Below, in pieces: positions 9,216-18,757 of a DNA stretch of 64,000 bases. Within the stretch, counting starts at the first letter, position 1; each line of letters starts with the position of its first letter. The DNA lies in assembly GCA_047150005.1 (NCBI GenBank), contig AP038806.1, positions 2,720,001-2,784,000 on the forward strand. The letters run 5' to 3'. The stretch is from Nitrospira sp. (GTDB lineage: Bacteria > Nitrospirota > Nitrospiria > Nitrospirales > Nitrospiraceae). The notes beneath the pieces were generated by a model. The model did no database searches. It worked only from the letters and a program-made list of their open reading frames with translations, and was not told the origin of the DNA. The position numbers and the translations under genes were made by a program.

Positions 9216-9879
9216 GAGAGCCGCCCCGCTTCGTGTCGCCGTGCTGGCATCCGGCCGCGGCTCCAACCTGCAGGCCGTCATCGACGCGATCGAGGGGGGG
9301 CGGATCGATGCCACGATCGTGGCCGTCATCAGCAACAAAAAGGACGCTGTCGCCCTGGAGCGAGCTAGGAAACACGGACTCTCGGATATATTCGTCGATC
9401 CCAAACCCTTTGCCGGCCGACCGGACAGTCGAGAGGCCTACGATCACGCGCTCTTGGAAGTACTCCGCCGGCATGAAGCCGAGCTGGTCTTGTTGGCCGG
9501 CTACATGAAGATCGTCACAAGCCTGCTGATCGAAGCCTATGCCGATCGGATGATGAACATTCATCCATCCCTCTTACCCTCTTTCCCCGGACTGGATGTG
9601 CAAAAGAAAGCTATCGACTGGGGATGTAAACTTGCCGGGTGCACCGTGCATTTCGTGACGGAAGGCGTCGACGAGGGGCCGATCATTCTGCAGGCGGCGG
9701 TTCCGGTCCTCGACGGCGACACGCCGGAGACGCTGGCCGCGCGCATTCTCGAACAGGAGCATCGGATCTATCCGCGCGCGGTGGAACTCTTCGCCGAAGG
9801 CCGACTGCGGGTGGAGGGGCGTCGTGTCTTCATCGACGGAGGCAAGCCGCTGGGAGAGGCGCTCCTCTGTCCGTTTTGA
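9205..9879 (+). CDS. purN: Phosphoribosylglycinamide formyltransferase
   Basis: VLASGRGSNLQA, LAGYM, NIHPSLLPSFPG, GCTVHFV, DEGPII. Confidence 0.97.
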   Translation: MPTKRAAPLRVAVLASGRGSNLQAVIDAIEGGRIDATIVAVISNKKDAVALERARKHGLSDIFVDPKPFAGRPDSREAYDHALLEVLRRHEAELVLLAGYMKIVTSLLIEAYADRMMNIHPSLLPSFPGLDVQKKAIDWGCKLAGCTVHFVTEGVDEGPIILQAAVPVLDGDTPETLAARILEQEHRIYPRAVELFAEGRLRVEGRRVFIDGGKPLGEALLCPF

Positions 9880-9889
9880 CGATCCAACC

Positions 9890-9918
9890 TTGACACCCAT
9901 TCTACTGCTCTGTACCTT
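9890..9918 (+). promoter_or_regulatory. Putative sigma-70 promoter of the patatin gene
   Basis: TTGACA (9890-95), 17-nt spacer, TACCTT (9913-18), ending 10 nt before the ATG at 9928. Confidence 0.5.
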
Positions 9919-9927
9919 CCTCATCCC

Positions 9928-11364
9928 ATGAAACAGGCTGGCCTATGGATACTGATCGGGCTGATCGCTCTGATTGCTCTATTGAGCCTGACGTTCGGTG
10001 GCGAGTACGTGCGCCCTACCATGAATGCGCCGCTTCCCATGTGGAATCCGGAGTACGGGTATCGCTTTGCCAATCTCCCCCCGTCGGTGGCCGGCAGCAC
10101 GGACAGTCTTTTTATTATGGCCTCCTTTTCCGGAGGTGGCGCGCGGGCCTCCGCCCTTTCCTACGGCGTGCTGCGGGAACTGGCGCGCACGCCGATCGTC
10201 TGGGAAGGCTATCGCAAGAGTCTCGCCGACGAACTCAATGTCATCAATGCCCTATCAGGCGGCAGCTTCACGGCTGCCTATTATGCCCTCTATCATGACC
10301 GCATTTTTCATGACTTCGAATCGCGCTTCCTGCGGAAAGATTGGGAGCATGAACTTCGCGCGAGAATTTTGCGGTCTCCCAGCAATTGGTTACGGCTCTT
10401 ATCCCCCTATTTCGGCCGAGCTCATATCTTTGCCGAACTCCTTGACGAAGAACTGTTCGCCGGGGCCACGTTCAATGACCTCGTCTCGAGCAGCCAGCGG
10501 CCGATCATTTTCATTCATGCCTCCGATATGGCGACCGTCTCGCGATTCGAGTTCAATCAGCGGCAGTTCGATCTGATCTGTTCCGACCTGAGCAAACTGC
10601 CGTTGTCGGTGGCCACCGCCGCTTCGAGCGCCTTGCCACTCGTCCTCAGCCCCATTTCATTGAAGAACTACGCTGGACAATGTGGACTTGACCCGCCGGC
10701 ATACCTGAGCGAGACCAAACGGACCTCGTGGGGTCGAAGGCGCGCCAGTGAGCTGCGGTCATATATCGATGCCAACAAGCGCCCTTACATCCATCTGTTG
10801 GACGGCGGGCTGGCTGATAACATGGGCATGCGCAGCGTGTTGGAGCTCTCAGCCCTCGTGGAAGATCTCGAAGCCACGTTCCAGATTCTCGGAGTGAAGA
10901 CAGTCCGGAAACTCGTGTTCCTGATGGTGAGCGCGGAGACGGATCCGGATCTGAGCCACTACGAACTGGATGAACTTCCTAGCCTCACGCGGGTATTGAA
11001 TGCGTTGGTGGACATCCCGATCAATCGGTACTCCGACGACACCTTGGAGCTGATGCATCAGGCCGTCACACAATGGCAGGTACAACTCCGCGAGCATGCA
11101 CGGACCGAGAAGAGTGTCTTCGCGCCCGATGCGGAAATTTATTTCATCGATGTGAGTTTGTCGGAATTGGAAGACTCTGAGCAAAAGATTCGCCTCATGA
11201 GCATTCCCACGAATCTTGCGCTGAACGATGGTCAAGTCGACGATCTGCTACTGGCCGCATCCAAGCTCATCCGGAACGACAAGGATTTTCAGAGGCTCGT
11301 GCGGGATCTTGAGGTCGAGGCTGCAAAGTCTCCGATCATTTCCCAGTCATCGACCGCACGCTAG
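9928..11364 (+). CDS. Patatin-like phospholipase
   Basis: SGGGARA glycine loop, ALSGGS nucleophile elbow, LDGG motif; N-terminal membrane anchor. Confidence 0.87.
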   Translation: MKQAGLWILIGLIALIALLSLTFGGEYVRPTMNAPLPMWNPEYGYRFANLPPSVAGSTDSLFIMASFSGGGARASALSYGVLRELARTPIVWEGYRKSLADELNVINALSGGSFTAAYYALYHDRIFHDFESRFLRKDWEHELRARILRSPSNWLRLLSPYFGRAHIFAELLDEELFAGATFNDLVSSSQRPIIFIHASDMATVSRFEFNQRQFDLICSDLSKLPLSVATAASSALPLVLSPISLKNYAGQCGLDPPAYLSETKRTSWGRRRASELRSYIDANKRPYIHLLDGGLADNMGMRSVLELSALVEDLEATFQILGVKTVRKLVFLMVSAETDPDLSHYELDELPSLTRVLNALVDIPINRYSDDTLELMHQAVTQWQVQLREHARTEKSVFAPDAEIYFIDVSLSELEDSEQKIRLMSIPTNLALNDGQVDDLLLAASKLIRNDKDFQRLVRDLEVEAAKSPIISQSSTAR

Positions 11365-11419
11365 TGAGACGGGGAAACTTTCTCGTTGACTTCGATGACC
11401 GCGAAGGAGCGCGGGTGTC

Positions 11420-11530
11420 AGTCCATCCGTAAATGCGCTCGGCTTTCAGACTCCAGTACCGAATCATGCCGTCTGAATCTCGGACGATCATCGCCGGAGG
11501 AGCGGCGGATGAAGTCGAGGTATGGATCGC
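11420..11530 (-). pseudogene. PAS-domain gene fragment
   Basis: AMIVRDSDGMIRYWSLKAERIYGWT is a typical PAS N-terminal motif, flanked by unrelated sequence. Boundaries are approximate. Confidence 0.55.
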
Positions 11531-11623
11531 ACAGTTAGGCCTTGGCCATCTCATCGTGCTACACTCCCCGCCGTCATCAAGCCGTTCAATGAGGCCAGCA
11601 CGGCGTACATACAGGAGGGCCGT

Positions 11624-12061
11624 ATGAATTGGGATCGCAATATTCCGAGTTCGTCGCGCTTCACAATCCTTCCCGAGTTCAACAATGAGGCCGTGCGGGA
11701 TAACAATACCGGATTAGTATGGCACCGGACTCCGGATGCCACGCTTCGTGGCTGGCATGATTCACGCGTCTTATGTACCAATGCGCTGGTGGGAGGCGCC
11801 TCTGGTTGGCGTCTGCCGTCAGTAGTCGAATTAAAAAGTCTGCATGATCGCTCACTACCCCCGCCTTTTGTCCCAACCAATATTTTTACCGTCACGGCCG
11901 GTACGTACTGGTCGGCAACAGCGGTGGCGCCCCCGCCGACAGGACAAGCCGTATGGGTGGTCACCTTTGTCGGTGGCGATGCCTTTCCCAACGGCATAGG
12001 GGGCGGCCAAACTTTCCTGGCCTGGGCGGTCCGAGGCCCCATGAACAGCGATACATATTGA
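11624..12061 (+). CDS. DUF1566 (Lcl C-terminal, CLec-like) domain protein
   Basis: VRDNNTGLVW, GWRLPSVVELKSL, YWSAT, AWAVRG; AGGAGG RBS before ATG 11624. Confidence 0.82.
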   Translation: MNWDRNIPSSSRFTILPEFNNEAVRDNNTGLVWHRTPDATLRGWHDSRVLCTNALVGGASGWRLPSVVELKSLHDRSLPPPFVPTNIFTVTAGTYWSATAVAPPPTGQAVWVVTFVGGDAFPNGIGGGQTFLAWAVRGPMNSDTY

Positions 12062-12157
12062 ACAGACCGGGCACGGCACAAGCATCGCACGGCCGCACGG
12101 TATCTGACACCGAGGACTTGATGAATGAGTCCGAGGAGCACGTAGGCTCCCTCGCGA

Positions 12158-12192
12158 CGACCGTGCCTTCCCCCAGGGGGAAGGCACGGTCG
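12158..12192. terminator. Perfect hairpin between convergent genes (putative bidirectional terminator)
   Basis: CGACCGTGCCTTCCCCC-A-GGGGGAAGGCACGGTCG, 17-bp arms; no clear U-tract. Confidence 0.55.
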
Positions 12193-12207
12193 CCCGGCTG
12201 ACCTTCG

Positions 12208-12843
12208 TCAGAATTTTTCGGGAAACTGTCTCGCCAATGCGCTGGTCAAGGTATCGGCGACGAGGTACATGTGTTGTTTCATGCCTTTCCAGGTTTCGGC
12301 TTCGTGAGCGTATTCTCCGACTTTCAATTGCTGAAACTGTTGGATGTGGTGTGCCGCATGGGTCATGAGCAGACCCATGACCGCGTCCTTGGGCAAGTAC
12401 GGGTTTGCTCCGCTCAGGAATGCGGCAATCTCACCGGCGTTTGCGCTGAGCGCCTTGACCGCCGCCGCCTGCTGAGCCGTATTGCCGGCCGCCGTGGCAT
12501 CCAGATGATCGCGAATCGCACCGTAGTGTCCCGCCAACAGGGCAAACAGTTTATCCGACGCAGGCTTGCCGTAGAACGGTTCGATTGATCCGGCAATCTG
12601 CTCGGCATTTGCCACCACCCCTTTCTCGGCAATCTCGCGGGCTGCCGTATTCTTGTCCATCGTCGCGACCGCCACGTTGCGTATGCCGAAGATATGCCCA
12701 ACCCAGAGATCGCGGAGTGCCGCATTGGTCGCGGCCACCTTTTCGGGTGTTGCCGCGGTGGCCGTCGGTTGCGGCGCATGCGTACAAGCCATCGACCCAA
12801 GAACGAGGACGAGCGTAGAAATCGACCGAAGTGAACGCATCAT
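12208..12843 (-). CDS. His-rich helical-bundle lipoprotein, function unknown
   Basis: Lipobox-like SMAC; motifs LRDLWVGHI, LAGHYGAIRDH, THAAHHIQQ, KQHM; AAGGAGG RBS. Confidence 0.8.
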   Translation of the reverse strand: MMRSLRSISTLVLVLGSMACTHAPQPTATAATPEKVAATNAALRDLWVGHIFGIRNVAVATMDKNTAAREIAEKGVVANAEQIAGSIEPFYGKPASDKLFALLAGHYGAIRDHLDATAAGNTAQQAAAVKALSANAGEIAAFLSGANPYLPKDAVMGLLMTHAAHHIQQFQQLKVGEYAHEAETWKGMKQHMYLVADTLTSALARQFPEKF

Positions 12844-12891
12844 AAGAAACCTCCTTGGTTAAAAACCGGTCAGCCTGTCCAAGCGAGGCGC

Positions 12892-12934
12892 AGGATAATG
12901 GCCTTTAACATACTTTGTCAAGTAATATATGTTA
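12892..12934 (-). promoter_or_regulatory. Promoter with overlapping inverted-repeat operator
   Basis: Minus-strand TTGACA (12921-16) and TATCCT (12897-92); inverted repeat TAACATA (12906-12) N15 TATGTTA (12928-34) straddles the -35. Confidence 0.55.
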
Positions 12935-12995
12935 TAAGTGTCTCAATGGCTATTTCGATGGGTTTTCTGTATGATCGGAAAGGGAGATTCTCCGC

Positions 12996-13628
12996 ATGCG
13001 TCCTCAAGGGGATCGACGCGAACAGCTGTTGCGCCTGCTCTTGGAACGAAGGATCGGCCGCACGGTCGAGGACCTTGCGCAGGGACTGCACGTCTCACGA
13101 AACGCCGTCCGTCAGCATTTGACATCCCTGGTCGCAGAAGGGCTGGTCACGAAAGGCTCGACACAAGCGACGGGGGGCAGGCCTGAGCAGCTCTATATGT
13201 TGAGCACGGCGGGCCATGAACATTTCCCGCGGCGATATTCATGGTTTTCTGAGCTATTACTGGAATCCCTGAAGGCGGAAAGGGGAGAAGACGCGCTCAT
13301 TAAACGGTTTGAGAAGCTCGGCGAACAGATCGGGACACAGCTCCGCAGCACTCATCAGCTTCCGGGAAGCGCGTCCGAACAGGTCAAAAAGCTTGCAGCG
13401 GTCATGCAGGATCTCGGTTATGAGGCAACGGCGGTCGAAGGCTCCGGCCGGCAGCTCCCCGTGATTGAAGCCACGAATTGCGTCTTTCATCATCTCGCCA
13501 CCCGCTTCCCGGAGATCTGTCATTTCGATCTGGCTCTGCTCTCGACGTTTGTGGGTCGCCCAGTCGTGCACGACGACTGCATCGTCCGGGGCGGCCATCT
13601 CTGTCGCTTCAAATTTAAAGCTGTGTAA
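12996..13628 (+). CDS. SufR-like/ArsR-DeoR HTH transcriptional regulator with C-terminal Cys cluster
   Basis: HTH TVEDLAQGLHVSRNAVRQHL, GGRP, FPRRY; Cys motifs NCVFH...ICHFD...DCIVRGGHLCRF. Confidence 0.82.
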   Translation: MRPQGDRREQLLRLLLERRIGRTVEDLAQGLHVSRNAVRQHLTSLVAEGLVTKGSTQATGGRPEQLYMLSTAGHEHFPRRYSWFSELLLESLKAERGEDALIKRFEKLGEQIGTQLRSTHQLPGSASEQVKKLAAVMQDLGYEATAVEGSGRQLPVIEATNCVFHHLATRFPEICHFDLALLSTFVGRPVVHDDCIVRGGHLCRFKFKAV

Positions 13629-13705
13629 TGGGCGACCGCCGACGATATGCCCGTGGACGGTGACTTCCAGTGGAGCGCCATGGACAACCAGAAGCACTGA
13701 AGCGT

Positions 13706-13798
13706 GTCATTCCCGCGGAAGCGGGAACCCAGGCAAGGCCTGCTCCTCAGCCTTGAGTCTTGATCGAGGAGTGGATGCCCGCCTTCGCGGGGCAGGAC
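13706..13798. repeat. Pair of inverted GTCATTCCCGC-N-GCGGGAA-type (dRS3/REP-like) palindromic repeats
   Basis: GTCATTCCCGCGGAAGCGGGAACCCAG (13706-32) and the degenerate inverted copy TGGATGCCCGCCTTCGCGGGGCAGGAC (13772-98). Confidence 0.7.
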
Positions 13799-13823
13799 GC
13801 AAGAGGAAACTGACCCACTATCA

Positions 13824-13972
13824 AAGGTGTTTATCCGGCGGCCTCAATTGAAGAGAGGCTACGCCTGATGAGCCGCCGGCACGAGCAAGCGATTAGTTGG
13901 AAGAAGGACTTACTGAAGGTATCTATCCGCGGGCGTCAATAGAAGAGAGGCTACGCCTGAATAGCCCGCGGC
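13824..13972. repeat. Two imperfect direct repeats (92-bp period) downstream of tRNA-Ala
   Basis: AAGGTRTYTATCCG...TCAAT-GAAGAGAGGCTACGCCTGA at 13824 and 13916; the 19-mer is identical at 13850-68 and 13942-60. Confidence 0.75.
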
Positions 13973-13989
13973 TCTCACGAAGTGCGGTT

Positions 13990-14065
13990 TGGTGGAGGGC
14001 AGGGGAGTTGAACCCCCGACCCCTACGTTGCGAACGTAGTGCTCTCCCAACTGAGCTAGCCCCCC
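13990..14065 (-). tRNA. tRNA-Ala(CGC)
   Basis: GGGGGGCTAGCTCAGTTGGGAGAGCACTACGTT-CGC-AACGTAGGGGTCGGGGGTTCAACTCCCCTGCCCTCCACCA; 76 nt cloverleaf, G3:U70 Ala identity pair, encoded CCA. Confidence 0.97.
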
Positions 14066-14278
14066 ACACGACACAATGGCTCGGAGATACGAGCATGAGG
14101 ACCGCAGGGTTTGCTGCGCATCATCGCGCAGACGTTAGCTGCGGTAAGGAGAACGGGGAGGAATCAGGCTCGCATCTCCGCATCGACGCATTATACACAA
14201 GCCGGCCCCTGGCTGCTACGGGAGAGTGTGGGGGCATTCTGTGCTGGTGGTGGGCTGCTTTGTGCCAGGGGGTTACTC

Positions 14279-14307
14279 TTGCAAACGTGACTAGAAATGA
14301 CTATATT
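14279..14307 (+). promoter_or_regulatory. Promoter/operator of the TA operon (probably leaderless)
   Basis: TTGCAA (14279-84), 17 nt, TATATT (14302-07), ATG at 14314; contains the direct repeat TGACTA twice. Confidence 0.6.
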
Positions 14308-14313
14308 ATAGCC

Positions 14314-14577
14314 ATGAGTAGAGTACGGGTTGCTGAGTTGAAAAGCCGCTTGAGCGAACATCTGAGAAAGGTTCGGTCCGGTCGAAGTGTGACGGTCTTG
14401 GATCGGAACACGCCGATCGCGCGCATCATTCCGTATGAGGATGCCGGTTCATCGTTGGTGGTGCGAAGTCCTCTCCCGGATGCTCCGCCGCTGAAACAGA
14501 TGCCATTGCTCCCGCCTCTCCGACTTCGGCGCGACATCGTGGCGTTTCTTCTCGAAGAACGTCAGGGCGAACGATGA
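14314..14577 (+). CDS. Phd/YefM-family antitoxin
   Basis: MSRVRVAELKSRLSEHLRKVRSGRSVTVLDRNTPIARIIP; the true start lies inside track ORF 13897..14577; ATGA overlap with the toxin. Confidence 0.88.
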   Translation: MSRVRVAELKSRLSEHLRKVRSGRSVTVLDRNTPIARIIPYEDAGSSLVVRSPLPDAPPLKQMPLLPPLRLRRDIVAFLLEERQGER

Positions 14578-14990
14578 TAGCCTACCTCGATTCTTCTGCG
14601 GTGCTTCGGATTCTTCTCGGTCAGGCGAATGCGCTGAAGGAATGGCGATCGATCACCCGGGGTGTAGGCTCGGCGCTTGTCGAAGTCGAGTGCTTACGAA
14701 CGCTGGATCGACTACGGTTGGCTGAGGGGTTGGAGGATGCCGAAATCGCGTCGCGTCGAGAGGCGGTATTTCGGTTTATGGAGTCCATTGAGATTGTCGA
14801 ACTCACGAAGCCCGTCCTCTCGAGAGCCTCCCACCCCTTGCCTACTGCGCTTGGTACGTTGGATGCAATTCACTTGGCAACGGCGCTGCTGTGGAAAGAT
14901 CGCACCAAAGAGGATCTTGTGATGGCCACCCACGACGAGGCATTGGCGACTGCAGCTCGGGCGAGCGGGCTACGGGTGGTCGGCTCATGA
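14574..14990 (+). CDS. vapC: VapC-family PIN-domain toxin
   Basis: IAYLDSSAVL, EVEC, LGTLDAIHLATAL, ATHDEALATAA. Confidence 0.9.
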   Translation: MIAYLDSSAVLRILLGQANALKEWRSITRGVGSALVEVECLRTLDRLRLAEGLEDAEIASRREAVFRFMESIEIVELTKPVLSRASHPLPTALGTLDAIHLATALLWKDRTKEDLVMATHDEALATAARASGLRVVGS

Positions 14991-15044
14991 TTCGCGAAGG
15001 TGTGGTAACTGCCGATCGTGGAGGTCATCTGGCGGAAGCGCACA

Positions 15045-15392
15045 CTATCTTCCGTACACTACCTGTACGCGGTTGAGATAATCTTCGAGTCTGTCGGTCT
15101 GTTTCGCGATGACTGTGCGGTCTTCGCGAGTCGCGGCTTGCTCCAGTGCCTCTCCAATCTCGCTGATGGCGTCAAATCCGTACCCGCCGCCGTCGCCCTT
15201 CATGCGATGACCGAGTAACCGTACGGTCTTGAAGTCATTTTCGTCAACGGCGATCCGAAGCGTCCCCACGTCGCGCCGTCTATTTCTCATGAAGATCGGC
15301 ACGATCTCCGCAAGGTCAGCATCGACCGAGACGGTAATGAGGTCGGGGACGGGGCCCTGAGGAGGCTGTGTCACGATCGAAGCCCCTTGCAC
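15045..15392 (-). CDS. Hpt phosphotransfer protein
   Basis: [28 protein letters not shown]pt motif. Start uncertain. Confidence 0.85.
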   Translation of the reverse strand: MQGASIVTQPPQGPVPDLITVSVDADLAEIVPIFMRNRRRDVGTLRIAVDENDFKTVRLLGHRMKGDGGGYGFDAISEIGEALEQAATREDRTVIAKQTDRLEDYLNRVQVVYGR

Positions 15393-17659
15393 GCCTGAAG
15401 CACCTCAAGGAGAGTTTGCTTCTTGACCGGTTTGGTCATATGGGCGTTACAGCCCGACTGAAGAATTCTCTCGCTCTCCTCTTTCAGGGCCAAGGCCGTC
15501 AACGCGACGATCTGGGTGGGGGGCAAATCATGTTCGGCTTCCCAGGCTCGAATCGTCTTGGTGGCTTCGTATCCGTCCATCACGGGCATCTGCATATCCA
15601 TAAGGATCAAGTCATAGCGGCCGGTCTTGAATTTGTCGACGCCGACTGCGCCGTCGCCCGCGACATCTATGTGATAGGCGGTGTGCTTGAGGTAGGATCG
15701 GATCAGAAACTGGTTGTCGGGGGAGTCCTCGACCAGCAAAATCTGGAGCGGGCGCGACAGCGTGGGCAATGCCGCGACTTGCGGAGGGGCCGACCGGGAG
15801 GCCCCCGGGTTCTTTTTTCGATCGAGGGCAATGCTGATGGTCTGCAACAGATCCGAGCGCCGGATGGGCTTGACCATATAGCCGCCCAGGCCCATGTCGT
15901 ATGTCCGGGCAATGTCATCGGCCCATTGGTGCGAGGCGAGCATGACGATGGTCAGCCTTTCCGCAAGGCTCGCTTGTCGGATCTGTTCGACGACGGCAAA
16001 TCCGTCCATGTCCGGCATGCGGCAGTCGAGCAGCAGCAGTTGATAGGGACGCGATTCTTGAGCGGCCAAGCGCAGTTCATCGATAGCGTCCGTTCCGCTG
16101 CCTGCATCCGTCACGGTAGCATTCCACGAGGCGAGTGTTTCTCTGAGAATCATCCGGTTGGTTGGATGGTCGTCAACGACCAGGGTTCTTACGTTGCAAA
16201 GATCGATCGGGATCGATGGGCAGACCAGGGCGGCCTGGGGTTGAACCCCGAGCTGTACCGAGCAATGAAATGTGCTCCCCTGTCCGACCGTACTCTCGAC
16301 CCAGATGCGGCCGTGCATGAGCTCGGCGAGTTGCTTGGAAATCGTCAGGCCCAAGCCGGTTCCTCCGTACGTGCGACTCGTCGACGCGTTGGCCTGGGTA
16401 AAACTCTCAAAAATGGCCGCGAGCATGTCTTCGGAAATACCGATCCCGGTGTCGGTCACGGAAAACCGAATTGCACCGTGCGTAGCGTTGTCGCCGTCAT
16501 TCGTGACCTCTACCACGATGGATCCGTCGTCGGTGAATTTGATGGCGTTGCTGATGAGATTGATCAGGATCTGGTGAAGCCGATTGGGGTCGCCGATCAG
16601 TGCGCGCGGGACATCCGGGGAGAGGTGACAGGCCAGTTCGAGTCCTTTCTCATTGGCGCGCATCGCCAGAATTTCAATCGCCTTTTCAACCAGATCGTTG
16701 AGATCGAAATCGATCGACTCGAGCTCAATGTGGCCGGCCTCGACCTTCGAAAGGTCGAGAATGTCATTGATAAGCGTCAAGAGATTGCTGCCGGCCCGTC
16801 GGAAGCTGCGAAGGTATTTTCGCTGTTCCGGCGTGAGCTCGGTTTCCCATAGGAGATCGGCCATGCCGATGATGGCGTTCATGGGCGTGCGAATTTCATG
16901 GCTCACGCTGGCTAAGAACTCGCTTTTTGCGCGGCTGGCGACCTCTGCGGCTTCCTTGGCAAGGCGCAGGGCGGTTTCTGCCTGCCGTCGTTCGTCCGCT
17001 TCCAACGCCAACGTGACCATCGTCGCCAGCGAACTGGTGAATTGCTGCTCGTAGACCGTCCATTGGCGCGGACCTCCGACGTGCTCGGTGCAGAGGACGC
17101 CCACGACTTGCCCCTTCTGCCTGATGGGAGCATCCAACATGGCTCCGATATGGAGGGGAGTGAGATAGTCGGTCACGAACTCCTTGGTCCGGGGATCACG
17201 ATGGGCGTCGTGCGCGGCGATCGCCCACTCTTCCGTGAGCAGCGCGCGGAAGTAGGCAGGATAGTCCGACGTCAGGAGCATGGAACCGGCGCTGTGACAC
17301 CGGGTGCTCGCTTGAAACAAATCCATCAGCGTGATCGAGATGCGGCGCTCGTCGATCAGCCAGATGCTCGTCCGTTCAGCCTCGAGAAGTTGCGCGCAGG
17401 ATTCAGTAATCACACAAAACGCCTGGGTGAGATCTCCGCTGTTGAGGCTCTCGCTTTGCGTCAGTTTGCGCAGGGTGTTCTGATAGCGACTTAACAGGAT
17501 CGTCGGATCAGCGGGCGTGGCAGCGGGACGCCGCTTCTTCGCGGAAGCGGAGACCGTGTTGGTCTTAGGCCGTCGAGAGGGGAATGGGAGAGAGGAGCGC
17601 GACCCGCGTCGAGGTGTTTTGCTCCGTTGCCGAGCCGAAGGGCGTGGATGGCGTGCCAT
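15371..17659 (-). CDS. Hybrid histidine kinase (GAF-HisKA-HATPase-REC-REC)
   Basis: [35 protein letters not shown], two REC domains. Confidence 0.92.
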   Translation of the reverse strand: MARHPRPSARQRSKTPRRGSRSSLPFPSRRPKTNTVSASAKKRRPAATPADPTILLSRYQNTLRKLTQSESLNSGDLTQAFCVITESCAQLLEAERTSIWLIDERRISITLMDLFQASTRCHSAGSMLLTSDYPAYFRALLTEEWAIAAHDAHRDPRTKEFVTDYLTPLHIGAMLDAPIRQKGQVVGVLCTEHVGGPRQWTVYEQQFTSSLATMVTLALEADERRQAETALRLAKEAAEVASRAKSEFLASVSHEIRTPMNAIIGMADLLWETELTPEQRKYLRSFRRAGSNLLTLINDILDLSKVEAGHIELESIDFDLNDLVEKAIEILAMRANEKGLELACHLSPDVPRALIGDPNRLHQILINLISNAIKFTDDGSIVVEVTNDGDNATHGAIRFSVTDTGIGISEDMLAAIFESFTQANASTSRTYGGTGLGLTISKQLAELMHGRIWVESTVGQGSTFHCSVQLGVQPQAALVCPSIPIDLCNVRTLVVDDHPTNRMILRETLASWNATVTDAGSGTDAIDELRLAAQESRPYQLLLLDCRMPDMDGFAVVEQIRQASLAERLTIVMLASHQWADDIARTYDMGLGGYMVKPIRRSDLLQTISIALDRKKNPGASRSAPPQVAALPTLSRPLQILLVEDSPDNQFLIRSYLKHTAYHIDVAGDGAVGVDKFKTGRYDLILMDMQMPVMDGYEATKTIRAWEAEHDLPPTQIVALTALALKEESERILQSGCNAHMTKPVKKQTLLEVLQACKGLRS

Positions 17660-17702
17660 GTCCGTCCGGAATCATTCCTGAAATGGTCCGGTGATGCCGA
17701 GT

Positions 17703-18707
17703 CTAGTTTTCGTGTGAATGGGGAACGAGGGACAGTATCCCCGCCTGCTTGGCGCGATTGCGGCCTTCCTGCTTGGCCTGATAGAGCGCTTGGTCGGCGG
17801 CCTTGATGAGGTCGGTCTGCGAGGCGCTTCGATTCGGGATGGTGCTGGCGTATCCGACACTGATGGTCATGACGTCTCCCTCGGAATGGGTGATACCGAG
17901 CGATTCGATCCTGCGGCGGAGTGTTTCGGCTACTTGAGCCGCGCCGTCCGTGGACGTCCCGGGAAGGACCACCACAAACTCGTCCCCGCCGTAGCGAGCG
18001 ACCAGGTCGCCCGGCCTGTTGACCGCTCCAGATATCGCATTGGCGACCTGTCGCAGGCATTCGTCGCCGACCGTGTGCCCTTGGGTGTCGTTGTACGATT
18101 TGAACCGGTCGATATCGAGCATGATCAACGACAAGGGGGTGGATTCACGAACGGCTCGCCGCCACTCCTGATCGAGAAAATCATCGAACTGTCGTCGGTT
18201 GGTGATACCGGTGAGGCCGTCGAGACAGGACAGCCGAAGCAGCATCTGATTGGCTTCTTGGAGCTGGCGCATGACTTCCAAAAGCTCCTGCTCATGGGCC
18301 CGGCGCCGTTCAATCTCATGGACCAGACGAAGCACGGACCGCACGCGGGTGAGCAATTCGATCTTGTTGATCGGTTTGGCAATGTAATCCAGGGCGCCCG
18401 CTGCGAAGGCCAATTGCAGGTCGACCGGGTCGGTTTTGACCGTGACCATGATGATCGGGGTATCGCGGTACCGTTCGACGGCTTTGATCTGCCGGCAGGC
18501 TTCGATGCCGTTCATTTCCGGCATGATGATGTCCATGAGGATCAGATCGACGCGGCCGGCGCTCTGCTTGCCCCCTTCCATCCCGAGCAGCCGGAACGCC
18601 GTGGCGGCGGACTCGGCCGAGAGAATATGATCATAACCGGCGGCGGACAGAATTGATTGCAGCAGCGCGCGGTCGTCAGGAGAGTCGTCAATGATGAGAA
18701 TGCTCAT
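17703..18707 (-). CDS. REC-GGDEF diguanylate cyclase
   Basis: REC, coiled coil, DGLTG, RPGD I-site, intact RYGGDEF. Confidence 0.93.
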   Translation of the reverse strand: MSILIIDDSPDDRALLQSILSAAGYDHILSAESAATAFRLLGMEGGKQSAGRVDLILMDIIMPEMNGIEACRQIKAVERYRDTPIIMVTVKTDPVDLQLAFAAGALDYIAKPINKIELLTRVRSVLRLVHEIERRRAHEQELLEVMRQLQEANQMLLRLSCLDGLTGITNRRQFDDFLDQEWRRAVRESTPLSLIMLDIDRFKSYNDTQGHTVGDECLRQVANAISGAVNRPGDLVARYGGDEFVVVLPGTSTDGAAQVAETLRRRIESLGITHSEGDVMTISVGYASTIPNRSASQTDLIKAADQALYQAKQEGRNRAKQAGILSLVPHSHEN

Positions 18708-18757
18708 GGGATCAACGCCTCAGAGATTGAGGGAAATGGTTGTCAAAATCCTAGCAG

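Noticed and set aside
7242..9404. 720-aa minus-strand ORF
   Set aside because: Antisense shadow of purM/purN and the FGE domain; no motifs; typical of high-GC DNA.
13824..13972. Possible CRISPR array
   Set aside because: Only two long imperfect repeats, no regular spacers and no cas genes.
13897..14313. N-terminal extension of the 226-aa ORF
   Set aside because: It runs through repeats and the tRNA-Ala gene; only the last 87 codons are a Phd antitoxin.
15368..18656. Long plus-strand ORFs (494 aa and 312 aa)
   Set aside because: Shadows of the hybrid kinase and diguanylate cyclase genes.
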